Shown: in pieces, positions 50,922 to 60,199 of the stretch | Layout of the letters: each line of letters begins with the position of its first letter | Position numbering within the stretch: position 1 is the first letter of the stretch | DNA from: Patescibacteria group bacterium | GTDB lineage: Bacteria > Patescibacteriota > Minisyncoccia > UBA6257 > 02-FULL-45-10c | Assembly: GCA_018896875.1 (NCBI GenBank) | Contig: JAHILT010000006.1 | Location: 12,605 to 76,604, forward strand | Reading direction: 5' to 3' | Length of the DNA: 64,000 nt | Position numbers and translations under genes: made by a program | The notes under the pieces: model-generated | The model's input: only the letters and a program-made list of their open reading frames with translations | Database searches by the model: none | What the model was told of the DNA's origin: nothing

Positions 50922-52814
50922 TTAATTATTAGGTTTGTTTTCTGAATCTAATTTTTCAATTAATTCTTTCGTAGACATTTCTCCTATCGTTCCTATCCCT
51001 CTTTGTCTAATATTTACTGTTTTATTCTTTTCTTCTTTTTCTCCTACAATTAAGATGTACGGATATTTTTTCATTTCAGCTTCACGAATTTTTTTACCGA
51101 TAGTATTATTAGACAAATCAATCTCTACTCTATACTCTTTTTCAAATAATTGTTTTTGGATTGATTGAGCGTAGTCATTAATATTCTCAGAGATTGGTAA
51201 AATCATTATTTGCGTAGGCGAAAGCCAAAGAGGAAATTTCCCTTCATAATGTTCTATTAATAAACCAATAAATCTTTCAAAGCTTCCAAAGAGAGCCCTA
51301 TGTAATACATAAGGTCTTTCGTTCTCTCCTTTATTATTAATAAAGGTCATATCAAAACGTTTAGGTAAATTGAAATCAAATTGTAGGGTAGAGCATTGCC
51401 ACTCTCGCCCTAATACATCTTTAATTTTAAAGTCTAATTTTGGTCCATAAAAAGCCGCTTCTCCAATTTCTTCTTTAAACTCAAGTTTTTTTTCTTTGGC
51501 TACTTTTCTCAAAATTTTCTCGGTAAATATCCACCCTTTATCATTCCCAGCATATTTAACCTTGTCCTTAGGGTCACGTAAGGAAAGATAAACATTAATA
51601 GAATTAATATCAAAGCCAAAGGACTTAAACATAAATAAAATAAAATCAATAACTTTTTTAAGTTCATCTTCTAATTGGTCTTGTCTACAAATAATATGGG
51701 CATCGTCTTGAGTAAAACCTCGTACTCTAGTTAATCCAGAAAGTTCTCCCTTTTTTTCAAATCTATAAACAGTTCCACATTCAGCCCATCTAAAAGGAAA
51801 TTCTCTGTATGACTTTGGTGTATTTTTATATATTTGAATATGAAACGGACAATTCATTGGTTTGAGCAAGTATTCTTCTGAAGTTTCAGCTTTCTTTTTG
51901 TTCTTTTTTTCTTCCAATGTTTGTCCCGCTTCTAGTGGAGGATACATACTACTACTATAAAATCCCCAGTGACCAGAAGTTTCCCAAAGATTACGATGTC
52001 CAATATGAGGACTCCTCACAAGGTCGTAGCCGTTTTTAAGATGTTCTTTGTACCAAAAAGCTTCAATTATTCTCCAAAGAATTGCGCCCTTAGGATGCCA
52101 AAGTGGCAAGCCAAGTCCTACTTTTTCATCAATATGGAATAAATCTAATTCTTTTCCTAGTTTTCTATGGTCTCTCTTTTTTGCTTCTTCTAAGAGGTGG
52201 AGATAATCTTTTAATTCCTTCTTGCTATCAAAAGCTATTCCATAAATTCTAGTGAGCATAGGATTTTTTTCACTTCCTTTCCAATAAGCTCCAGCTATGT
52301 GAGTAAGCTTAAAAGAATCAAATCCGATTTCTTTGGTATTTTTTACATGAGGGCCCTTACAGAGATCAGTAAAAATGTCTCCGGTATCATAAATATGAAT
52401 AGGAGCTTTTTCTTTTTGTAATTCTTTAATAAGTTCTAATTTAAATTTTTGATTACTAAATATTTTTTTAGCTTTTAACGGAGTGATTTTTTCGCTTTTA
52501 AAATCTATTCTTTTATTAATAAAAGAACGCATTTCTTTTTCCAGCATCGGCAAATCTAATTCGCCGATCGCTGACCCCGCTGACTTTGGCTGACCCCGCT
52601 GACTTATTTTTTGTCCGCGAAGTCCGCTTTTGTCCGCGGAGTCTGCACTAAAGAGGAAGTCATAATAAAAACCGTTTTCTATAGTTGGTCCTATACCTAA
52701 TTTTGTTTTAGGATATTTTTTGAGAACAGCCGCAGCCAAAAGATGGGCTAGCGAATGTCTAGCCTTATCTATACTAGCTTGTTTTAATTCTTCTGAATTG
52801 GTTTGTTTGCTCAT
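50922..52814 (-). CDS. thrS: Threonine--tRNA ligase, carrying a ~30-aa repeat-derived insertion
   Basis: RHSLAHLLA editing-domain motif, class II core (FRWAECGTVYRFE, GFTQDDAH, HRALFGSFERF), anticodon-binding C-terminus. Confidence 0.92.
   Translation of the reverse strand: MSKQTNSEELKQASIDKARHSLAHLLAAAVLKKYPKTKLGIGPTIENGFYYDFLFSADSADKSGLRGQKISQRGQPKSAGSAIGELDLPMLEKEMRSFINKRIDFKSEKITPLKAKKIFSNQKFKLELIKELQKEKAPIHIYDTGDIFTDLCKGPHVKNTKEIGFDSFKLTHIAGAYWKGSEKNPMLTRIYGIAFDSKKELKDYLHLLEEAKKRDHRKLGKELDLFHIDEKVGLGLPLWHPKGAILWRIIEAFWYKEHLKNGYDLVRSPHIGHRNLWETSGHWGFYSSSMYPPLEAGQTLEEKKNKKKAETSEEYLLKPMNCPFHIQIYKNTPKSYREFPFRWAECGTVYRFEKKGELSGLTRVRGFTQDDAHIICRQDQLEDELKKVIDFILFMFKSFGFDINSINVYLSLRDPKDKVKYAGNDKGWIFTEKILRKVAKEKKLEFKEEIGEAAFYGPKLDFKIKDVLGREWQCSTLQFDFNLPKRFDMTFINNKGENERPYVLHRALFGSFERFIGLLIEHYEGKFPLWLSPTQIMILPISENINDYAQSIQKQLFEKEYRVEIDLSNNTIGKKIREAEMKKYPYILIVGEKEEKNKTVNIRQRGIGTIGEMSTKELIEKLDSENKPNN
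52566..52648. repeat. GC-rich composite repeat inside thrS
   Basis: GCTGACCCCGCTGACTT x2 (52570-52586 and 52589-52605), then GTCCGCG, AGTCCGC, GTCCGCG and AGTCTGC units at 52613-52646. Confidence 0.9.
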
Positions 52815-52877
52815 AGGTTCTATTATAGATTAATTTTTAAAAAAATGCATTATGCCATGCATTTTTGACATATTCAT

Positions 52878-52906
52878 TTGACAGAAAAACAAGGCACCGA
52901 TACAAT
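52878..52906 (+). promoter_or_regulatory. Near-consensus sigma-70-type promoter for the small zinc-ribbon gene
   Basis: TTGACA (52878-52883), a 17-nt spacer, then TACAAT (52901-52906). SD AGGAGG at 52931-52936. Confidence 0.55.
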
Positions 52907-52944
52907 AAAAACATCTTTAAAAATTTAATAAGGAGGAATGGATT

Positions 52945-53175
52945 ATGTCAGAAAAAAAAAGTTGTGATAATGAAAAATGCAGAGTTTGTGGAAAAGATAA
53001 GATGCTTACCGCTGAAGGAGTGTGTGTGTATTGTTCTTATCCTCCAGGTTATCCTTTGCATAAAGACTGGAAAAAACTACAGAAAGAACTTCTTCCGAAA
53101 CAACGAGAAAAAGACCGGAAATTAAAAAAATGGGCTCGGAATTGGAAGAAATCCCTTAGCCGAAAACGTACGTAG
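52945..53175 (+). CDS. Small zinc-ribbon protein with a highly basic tail (SD-led orphan)
   Basis: CDNEKCRVCG...CVYC four-Cys pattern. The C-terminus is rich in K/R. Confidence 0.5.
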   Translation: MSEKKSCDNEKCRVCGKDKMLTAEGVCVYCSYPPGYPLHKDWKKLQKELLPKQREKDRKLKKWARNWKKSLSRKRT

Positions 53176-53198
53176 ATATTTAAATCAAGGTCTAACAA

Positions 53199-53229
53199 AA
53201 GGAGCATTAGAATATAATGCTCCTTTTTT
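53199..53229. terminator. Intrinsic terminator
   Basis: GGAGCATT-AGAATAT-AATGCTCC followed by TTTTTT. Confidence 0.85.
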
Positions 53230-53249
53230 CTTTGTATTTTATTTTTATT

Positions 53250-56200
53250 TTAAAGAAATATTTTAGCCGTTCTACAAATTATCTTAGGATCATTATCTCT
53301 TAAGGATATTTTTCCAGAGATTAAAATTATGTTTCCTTCTATCCATATATTGCGTGTTTTTTCTAAAACATCTGAGAAAACTAATATTTCTACATTAGAT
53401 TCAAGGTCTTCTACTTTAACAAAAAGCATAGGTTGTCCTAATTTTGTATTTATTTGTTTAACCTTAGTTATCAATCCAGCTATTTTAACGTTTTTAGGGC
53501 GAGACCATTCATCATTATCTCCTCTTGTTAACGCTTGCTTTATTCCTGTTGCCCCAGCTTTTTTAATTTTTTCTCCAAGACTATCCAAGGGATGTCCAGA
53601 TATAAAAATACCTAAAACTTCTTTCTCCCAATTTGTTTTTTCAATTGATGTGGCAACTGCGCAAGATTTTAATTTTAAGGCATCGGTTGAAATTCTAGGT
53701 CCCCCAAATAAACTATTTTGAGTATTAGTCTTTGATTTTCGTATACTAGCGGTAAATTTAATTATATCTTCTATATTTATTAGAATTTGATTTCTTTCTA
53801 TTCCTAAGCAATCTAAAGATCCAGATTTAGCAAGGCTTTCTAATGATTTTTTATTCAAATCTTTATGGTCTACTCTTTCTAATAAATCAACAAAATTTTT
53901 ATAAGGTCCATTCCTTTGTCTTTCTGCGACAATGGCGTCTACTATATTTTGTCCAATATTTTTAATAGCTATTAGTCCAAATCTAATATTTTTGTTTTCT
54001 GGAACAAATTTAGCGAAACTTTTATTAACGTCAGGAGGTAAGACCTCTATTCCTATTTTTTGAGATTCTTTGACAAGAAAGGCCTCTCTTTCTATGTCTC
54101 CAGAATCGGCATCTAAAAGGCTCGTATAGAATTCTATTGGATAATGTGCTCGTAAGTATGCTGTACGATATCCTATAATTGCATAACAAGCGGCATGACT
54201 TCTATTAAAACCATATTGAGCAAATGGCACAAACCATTGCCATATTTGTTCAGCAACTTTTTTTTCTATACCATTCTTAGTCATTCCGTTTATCATTTTT
54301 TGGGATTGTTCGTCTAATAATGTTTTAATTTTTTTACCAACAGCCTTTCTTAGAATGTCTGCTTCTGAAATAGAAAAGCCAGCCAAATTTTGAGCTATCT
54401 TTATCAATTGTTCTTGATAAATAGCTACTCCGTATGTTTTTTTAAGAACCGGTTCAAGCTTAGGATGAATATAGTTTATTGCTTCTTTTTTAAATTTTCT
54501 AGCAATGTATTTAGGAATAAATTCCATTGGACCAGGTCTATAAAGGGCTACCATTGCAATGATGTCTTCTATCTCGCTAGGTTCTAATTCTTTCAAATAA
54601 CGTCTCATTCCACTAGATTCAAGTTGAAAAACTCCAGTTGTATCTCCAGCTTGAAGGACCTTAAAAGTTTTTTTATCGTTTAAAGGTATTTTTTCAATAT
54701 TCAAATCAATATCATAATTTTCCTTTATCAAGCGCATGGTATTTTCTATAATTGTTAAGTTTTTAAGTCCGAGAAGATCGATTTTTAAAATACCTAAATC
54801 TTCTACGCTGTGCATTTCAAATTGAGTAATAATGGTACTTTTGTCTTTTGGGGCGTATTGAACAGGCATATAATCAGTTAGCGGATTTTTGGTTATAACA
54901 GTTCCGCAAGCATGAACAGAGGCATGCCTTACGACTCCTTCTAAATTTTTAGCGGCGTCAAGCAGTTTTTTACCTTCAGGATTATTCTCATAAATATTTT
55001 TTAGTTCTGGAATAGAATCGATGGCTTCTTTTAATTTTGTATTAAAGGGGATTAATTTGGCTGTCATATCGCAAAAAGAAAGAGGGATTCCTAATGCTCT
55101 TCCCGAATCTCTAATCGCTGCACGAGCAGCCATAGTTCCAAATGTTATTATATGCGCTACGTGATCCATTCCATATTTTTCTTGGAGATAACCAAAAACT
55201 TCGTCTCTGCGAGTATCGGCAAAATCTAAGTCTATATCAGGCATTTGAATACGTTCAGGATTTAAGAATCTTTCAAATATAAGATCATATGCTAAAGGAT
55301 CAAGGTCTGTTATGCCTAAAATATAAGAAACGATACTTCCTGCTGCCGAACCTCTTCCTGGTCCAACAGATATGCCTCTTTCTTTAGCCCAGTTTACAAA
55401 GTCTTGTACTATCAAAAAATAATCTATAAAACCAGTTTTTTTAATTATTTCTAGCTCATATTTAAGTCTTGTTTCTATTTCTTTTGTAAGCTTTGGATAA
55501 CGGAAAGATAGTTTTTCTTTAATTAATTTTTCTAAATAAATTTCAGATGTTTCATTCTCAGGAAGAGGGAATTTAGGTAAATGAATTTTTCCAAGTTGGA
55601 TTTTTACGTTGCATCTATCAGAAATTTTCATTGTATTCTCCAATACTTCAGGTATGTCTTTAAAAAATTCAGCCATTTGTTCTGGAGATCGCAATGAAAA
55701 ATCATCGTCTAAGACTAGGCGATTTGGATCATTAACGGTTGTGCCAGTTTGTACAGACAAGAGAATATCGTGATATTTAGCATCCTCGGATTTAATATAA
55801 TGAACATCTTGAGTGGCCACTATTTCAATTCCTGTTTTTTTAGATATTTTTATCATCCCTTCATTTACTTTTTTGACTTCAGGAATATTTGGATGATGTC
55901 CGATTTCAAGAAAAAAATTACCGATACCAAATATTTCTTGATATTCCAAGGCAATTTCTTTTGCTTTTTCAAATTTATTATTCATTAAGGCTCGTCCAAT
56001 TTCTCCTGCGGGGCAAGCAGAAAGACCAATGAGTCCTTCATGATATTTTTTTAATAATTTTTTATCTATTCTTGGCTTGTAATAAAAACCTTCTAAATTT
56101 GCCTTGCTTACTAATTTAATTAAATTTTTCCACCCTGTATTATTTTCTGCCAATAAAACTAAATGATAAGATTTATTATCTATTCCACTTCTTTTATCAA

Positions 56201-56429
56201 GATGGCTGTTTGGCGCTACATAGACTTCTACTCCCAATATTGGTTTAATGCCAGCTTTTTTCGCTTTTTTGTAAAATTCAATTGCTGCGTAAAGATTGCC
56301 GTGGTCAGTTATAGCTATTGAATCCATTCCTAGTTCTTTTGTTGTTTTGATTATATCGTCTATCTTTGCTAATCCATCAAGAAGAGAATAGCAAGAATGA
56401 GTATGTAGGTGAGTAAAATTATTCTTCAT
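53250..56429 (-). CDS. dnaE: DNA polymerase III alpha subunit
   Basis: PHP domain HLHTHSCYSLLDG, palm/fingers motifs (PDIDLDF, GLLKxDxLGL-like ILKIDLLGLKNL), C-terminal OB fold. Confidence 0.95.
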   Translation of the reverse strand: MKNNFTHLHTHSCYSLLDGLAKIDDIIKTTKELGMDSIAITDHGNLYAAIEFYKKAKKAGIKPILGVEVYVAPNSHLDKRSGIDNKSYHLVLLAENNTGWKNLIKLVSKANLEGFYYKPRIDKKLLKKYHEGLIGLSACPAGEIGRALMNNKFEKAKEIALEYQEIFGIGNFFLEIGHHPNIPEVKKVNEGMIKISKKTGIEIVATQDVHYIKSEDAKYHDILLSVQTGTTVNDPNRLVLDDDFSLRSPEQMAEFFKDIPEVLENTMKISDRCNVKIQLGKIHLPKFPLPENETSEIYLEKLIKEKLSFRYPKLTKEIETRLKYELEIIKKTGFIDYFLIVQDFVNWAKERGISVGPGRGSAAGSIVSYILGITDLDPLAYDLIFERFLNPERIQMPDIDLDFADTRRDEVFGYLQEKYGMDHVAHIITFGTMAARAAIRDSGRALGIPLSFCDMTAKLIPFNTKLKEAIDSIPELKNIYENNPEGKKLLDAAKNLEGVVRHASVHACGTVITKNPLTDYMPVQYAPKDKSTIITQFEMHSVEDLGILKIDLLGLKNLTIIENTMRLIKENYDIDLNIEKIPLNDKKTFKVLQAGDTTGVFQLESSGMRRYLKELEPSEIEDIIAMVALYRPGPMEFIPKYIARKFKKEAINYIHPKLEPVLKKTYGVAIYQEQLIKIAQNLAGFSISEADILRKAVGKKIKTLLDEQSQKMINGMTKNGIEKKVAEQIWQWFVPFAQYGFNRSHAACYAIIGYRTAYLRAHYPIEFYTSLLDADSGDIEREAFLVKESQKIGIEVLPPDVNKSFAKFVPENKNIRFGLIAIKNIGQNIVDAIVAERQRNGPYKNFVDLLERVDHKDLNKKSLESLAKSGSLDCLGIERNQILINIEDIIKFTASIRKSKTNTQNSLFGGPRISTDALKLKSCAVATSIEKTNWEKEVLGIFISGHPLDSLGEKIKKAGATGIKQALTRGDNDEWSRPKNVKIAGLITKVKQINTKLGQPMLFVKVEDLESNVEILVFSDVLEKTRNIWIEGNIILISGKISLRDNDPKIICRTAKIFL

Positions 56430-56547
56430 GTGTTTTCATATTATATCTAATTTATTATAACTCATAAATTTTAAAAACTTAAATATTTTGCCTTTTATGT
56501 GATTTTATGATATTTTTAATACATATAATTAAAAATAAATTAATAAT

Positions 56548-56706
56548 ATGGGTGGTGTACCAGTAAAACATCGTTCTAAATCAAAAGTTGGCAGAAGTAG
56601 GTCTCATCAAGCATTAAAAAGAGCTAATATTTCGGCTTGTAAGAGCTGTAAAGCTCCTGTTTTGTCTCATAGGCTTTGTCCAAATTGCAAGGAATACAAA
56701 AAATAG
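56548..56706 (+). CDS. rpmF: 50S ribosomal protein L32 (52 aa, below the ORF-track length cutoff)
   Basis: Hand translation: [53 protein letters not shown]32 signature VPKxRxSK...RSH plus CxxC...CxxC. Confidence 0.85.
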   Translation: MGGVPVKHRSKSKVGRSRSHQALKRANISACKSCKAPVLSHRLCPNCKEYKK

Positions 56707-56710
56707 TAAT

Positions 56711-57193
56711 ATGGCCACAAGACACTTAGCTAGATCTATAGTGCTCCAATCTCTTTATGAGTGGGATTTTTATAATCAGAAAAAAGATTTAACAGAAATT
56801 CTAGAAAGAAATATGATAGAGTTTGGACCAGGTATAGACGAGCCAGAATTTGTTTGGAATTTAATGAATAAGATTATTATTCATAAAAAAGAAATTGATA
56901 ATGTTATTGAAAAAGCAGCTCCTGAGTGGCCAATAAAACAAATATCTATTGTAGATAGAAATGCGTTGCGTATTGGTCTTTACGAGCTTTTATATGCGGA
57001 TAAGGACGAAATACCGTCAAAAGTAGCTATAAATGAAGCAATAGAATTGGCAAAAAATTTTGGGGGAAATAATTCAGGAAAATTTATAAATGGTGTATTA
57101 GGCACTGTTTATAGAGAAATAGGTGAGTCTGACAAAGATAACAAAAAGCCAATAGTTGAAGACGAACAACCAACAATTAACGATAAAAAATAA
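56711..57193 (+). CDS. nusB: Transcription antitermination factor NusB
   Basis: [16 protein letters not shown]..., [20 protein letters not shown]. Confidence 0.9.
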   Translation: MATRHLARSIVLQSLYEWDFYNQKKDLTEILERNMIEFGPGIDEPEFVWNLMNKIIIHKKEIDNVIEKAAPEWPIKQISIVDRNALRIGLYELLYADKDEIPSKVAINEAIELAKNFGGNNSGKFINGVLGTVYREIGESDKDNKKPIVEDEQPTINDKK

Positions 57194-57217
57194 TTTTGAC
57201 ATTTTGAATTTACTACC

Positions 57218-57898
57218 ATGGATTACGAAAAGTTAGAAAAAGCAATTTTTTACAAATTTAAAAAAGACAGATTTCTTAACGAAGCGATGACTCATCGCTC
57301 TTATTTAAATGAAAATCCAAATTGGAAATTTTATCATAACGAGAGATTAGAATTTTTAGGAGATGCCGTTTTAGAATTAGCAGTAACAGAAATTTTATTT
57401 AGTCAATATCCTGACTATGCTGAAGGCAAGCTTACTTCTTTAAGAGCCGCCCTTGTTAATTATCAGATGTTGTCGGAAATCTCTAGGGATATAGAGTTAG
57501 AAAATTTTCTTCTTCTTTCTAAAGGGGAGTCAAAAGACACAGGAAGAGCCAGGGATGTTATTTTGGCCAATGCCATAGAGGCATTAATTGGAGCTATTTA
57601 TTTAGATGGTGAATATGAGAAAGCTAAGAAATTTATAGAAAAATTTGTAATAATTAAATTAGAAAAAGTAATAGCAGAGCAACTTTACAGAGATGCCAAA
57701 AGTGTTTTACAAGAGAAAACTCAAGCTGAGTTAAAAGCTACTCCAATTTATAAAGTTTTAGGAACAGAAGGGCCTGATCATAAAAAAACTTTTAATGTTG
57801 GAGTTTATTTAAATGATAAAATAATAGCTAATGGACGAGGTCTTTCTAAGCAAGACGCAGAAGTGGAAGCTGCCAAGAAAGCATTGGAAGAACTTTAG
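57218..57898 (+). CDS. rnc: Ribonuclease III
   Basis: Signature NERLEFLGDAVLEL and a C-terminal dsRBD (GPDHKKTFNV...AEVEAAKKAL). Confidence 0.95.
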   Translation: MDYEKLEKAIFYKFKKDRFLNEAMTHRSYLNENPNWKFYHNERLEFLGDAVLELAVTEILFSQYPDYAEGKLTSLRAALVNYQMLSEISRDIELENFLLLSKGESKDTGRARDVILANAIEALIGAIYLDGEYEKAKKFIEKFVIIKLEKVIAEQLYRDAKSVLQEKTQAELKATPIYKVLGTEGPDHKKTFNVGVYLNDKIIANGRGLSKQDAEVEAAKKALEEL

Positions 57899-57917
57899 GA
57901 ATTAGGAATTTACTATT

Positions 57918-60098
57918 ATGTTACTTAAACGTTTAGAATTAATTGGCTTTAAATCTTTTGCTAACAAAACGGTGTTAGATTTTTCTGGTGGAATTGCTGG
58001 AGTTGTCGGTCCTAATGGTAGTGGAAAAAGCAATATTATTGATGCTGTTCGTTGGGTATTAGGAGAAAGAGAAGCCAAAAATTTGAGAGGAGATAAAGTT
58101 GAAGATTTAATTTTTGCGGGAACACAGAAAAGAGCTAGAGTAGGAATGGCTCAGGTATCTTTAATTTTTGATAATAGCACAGGATTTTTTCCTGTAGATT
58201 TTTCTGAGGTTTCTATCGTAAAAAGAATAGGGAGAGAAGGGCATTCTCAATATTTTTTAAATAAAGCAGAAGTAAGACTTAAGGATATTGTTAGTTTTTT
58301 CGCCAAGGCAAGACTAGGAACACATGGTTTAACTATTATTAATCAAGGCGAGGGAGATCTTTTTGTTAAGTCTTCTCCAGAAGAAAGGAGAGAAATGATT
58401 GAAGAGATATTAGGACTTAGACAATATCAAATTAAGAAAAAAGATGCGCAAAGAAAGCTTAAAAATACAAGTGTTAATATAGATAAAGTTAAAGCAGTTG
58501 TAGAAGAAATAATTCCTCATTTGAAATTTTTAAAACGCCAAACAGCTAAATGGGAGAAACTTTCTGAAACAGAAAAGGAATTAAACGATTTAGAAAGAAT
58601 TTATTTTAAAAACAAGTTAAAAGAAATATTTGTTGAACTTGATAAATTTACGCCACGTTTAAAAGAAATTGACGAAAAGGTTTTTCAGAAATCTAAGGAA
58701 TTAAAAATTTTACAAGAAGAATTGCGTAAGGTTGAAGACAGCAGGCCTAGTAATAGAACACAACTTAATGATATTCAATTAAAAAAAGATGAATTGTTTT
58801 CCAAAAAATCAGAGCAAGAAAAAGAACTAGGTCGTCTTGAAGCCAAAATTGAATTTTCTTCTTTGGTTAAAATAGATTCTCAAAAAGCTATTGAAACTCT
58901 CAAGGATTTAAGAATAGTTATTAAAAATTTATCAGAAGAAAGCGACTTAGAGAAATTAAAATCAAAGCTAAACGAAGTTTTCTTAAAAATAGATAATTTT
59001 TTGAATTTCGGAAGCGAACAAGGTGCTTCTAATGAATTATTAGAACTCAAAAAATCAAAAGATGAATTATCAAATAAGATTACGGGTATTGTTAATGAAT
59101 TAGAAGAATTTAGAAAAGCGGAAACCAATATTTCGTCTGGTTTGGAAAGTTTTAATTTTGAGTTTAAAAAAGCTTTTGAAAAAGTGGAGTCAAAAAAAGA
59201 TGAATTAGCAGAACTAGAATCTGACAAAAATAGAATAAATTTTAACGCCGAGAGATTTAATTTGAAGATGCAAGATTTGAAAACTCAAATTGAACAGGCA
59301 GGAAAAGATGTTAATGAATTAAAATCTAACTTAGAAGACGTAGCGCCTACTAGTGTTTTTGAGACAGAAAGAAAAATCTTTAAATTAAAAGCAGAAATAG
59401 CTAGCGCAGGGGAAATAGATCACGTCTTATTGGATGAATTTAAGGAAACTGAGAAAAGACATGATTTTCTATCTTCTCAATTAATTGATTTAGAAAAAGC
59501 TTCTAATGATTTAAATGTATTAATAAAGGATTTAGATTTTAAAATTAATGATGAATTTATTTCGTCATTGAATAAAATAAATGAAGAATTTAATAAATTT
59601 TTTCAGTTAATGTTTGGAGGTGGAAAAGCAAAATTATATTTAGAAAAATTCAAACCTAAAAAACAAATATTACCCGACGAGTCATTAGCGGATAGCGAAC
59701 AAAAAATAATTGAAGAATTAGAAGATGAAGAAAACGAAATGTCTGCTGGAATTGAAATAGATTTAAGTTTGCCTAGAAAAAAAATCAGAGGACTAGAAAT
59801 GCTCTCGGGAGGTGAAAAAAGTTTGCTTTCTATTGCTGTTCTTTTTGCGTTAATTTCTGTGAGCCCGCCGCCATTTTTGGTTTTAGATGAAATAGACGCG
59901 GCATTGGACGAAAGAAACACCCGTCGTTTTGCTGAATTAATTAAAGATTTTTCTAAAAAAAGCCAATTTATAATTGTTACTCATAATAGAGCCACAATGG
60001 AGGCCGCTGATGTTTTGTATGGTGTGACTATGGAAGAAAGCGGTGTTTCTAAAATTCTTTCTATAGACTTAAGCAATCAACCAATAACGAATAGATAG
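57918..60098 (+). CDS. smc: SMC-family ATPase, unusually short (726 aa) with no recognisable hinge
   Basis: The N-head FKSFANKT...GPNGSGKSNIIDAVRWVLGE and C-head LSGGEKSLLSIAVLFAL...LDEIDAALD are joined only by coiled-coil sequence. Confidence 0.8.
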   Translation: MLLKRLELIGFKSFANKTVLDFSGGIAGVVGPNGSGKSNIIDAVRWVLGEREAKNLRGDKVEDLIFAGTQKRARVGMAQVSLIFDNSTGFFPVDFSEVSIVKRIGREGHSQYFLNKAEVRLKDIVSFFAKARLGTHGLTIINQGEGDLFVKSSPEERREMIEEILGLRQYQIKKKDAQRKLKNTSVNIDKVKAVVEEIIPHLKFLKRQTAKWEKLSETEKELNDLERIYFKNKLKEIFVELDKFTPRLKEIDEKVFQKSKELKILQEELRKVEDSRPSNRTQLNDIQLKKDELFSKKSEQEKELGRLEAKIEFSSLVKIDSQKAIETLKDLRIVIKNLSEESDLEKLKSKLNEVFLKIDNFLNFGSEQGASNELLELKKSKDELSNKITGIVNELEEFRKAETNISSGLESFNFEFKKAFEKVESKKDELAELESDKNRINFNAERFNLKMQDLKTQIEQAGKDVNELKSNLEDVAPTSVFETERKIFKLKAEIASAGEIDHVLLDEFKETEKRHDFLSSQLIDLEKASNDLNVLIKDLDFKINDEFISSLNKINEEFNKFFQLMFGGGKAKLYLEKFKPKKQILPDESLADSEQKIIEELEDEENEMSAGIEIDLSLPRKKIRGLEMLSGGEKSLLSIAVLFALISVSPPPFLVLDEIDAALDERNTRRFAELIKDFSKKSQFIIVTHNRATMEAADVLYGVTMEESGVSKILSIDLSNQPITNR

Positions 60099-60149
60099 CA
60101 GATATGTAAATATAATTTTATATATAATTTATTATTAATAATATTTAAA

Positions 60150-60185
60150 TTTTACATTGTCATTTTACATTTTGAGATTTACATT
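60150..60185 (+). repeat. Three direct (T)TTTACATT repeats upstream of rmuC
   Basis: TTTTACATT at 60150 and 60163, TTTACATT at 60178. Confidence 0.7.
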
Positions 60186-60199
60186 TTAAACTTATTATA

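Noticed and set aside
52865-53125. 86-aa ORF overlapping the zinc-ribbon gene in another frame
   Set aside because: It has no SD, and its start lies inside the predicted promoter. The 52945 frame has the SD at the correct spacing and a coherent Cys4 pattern.
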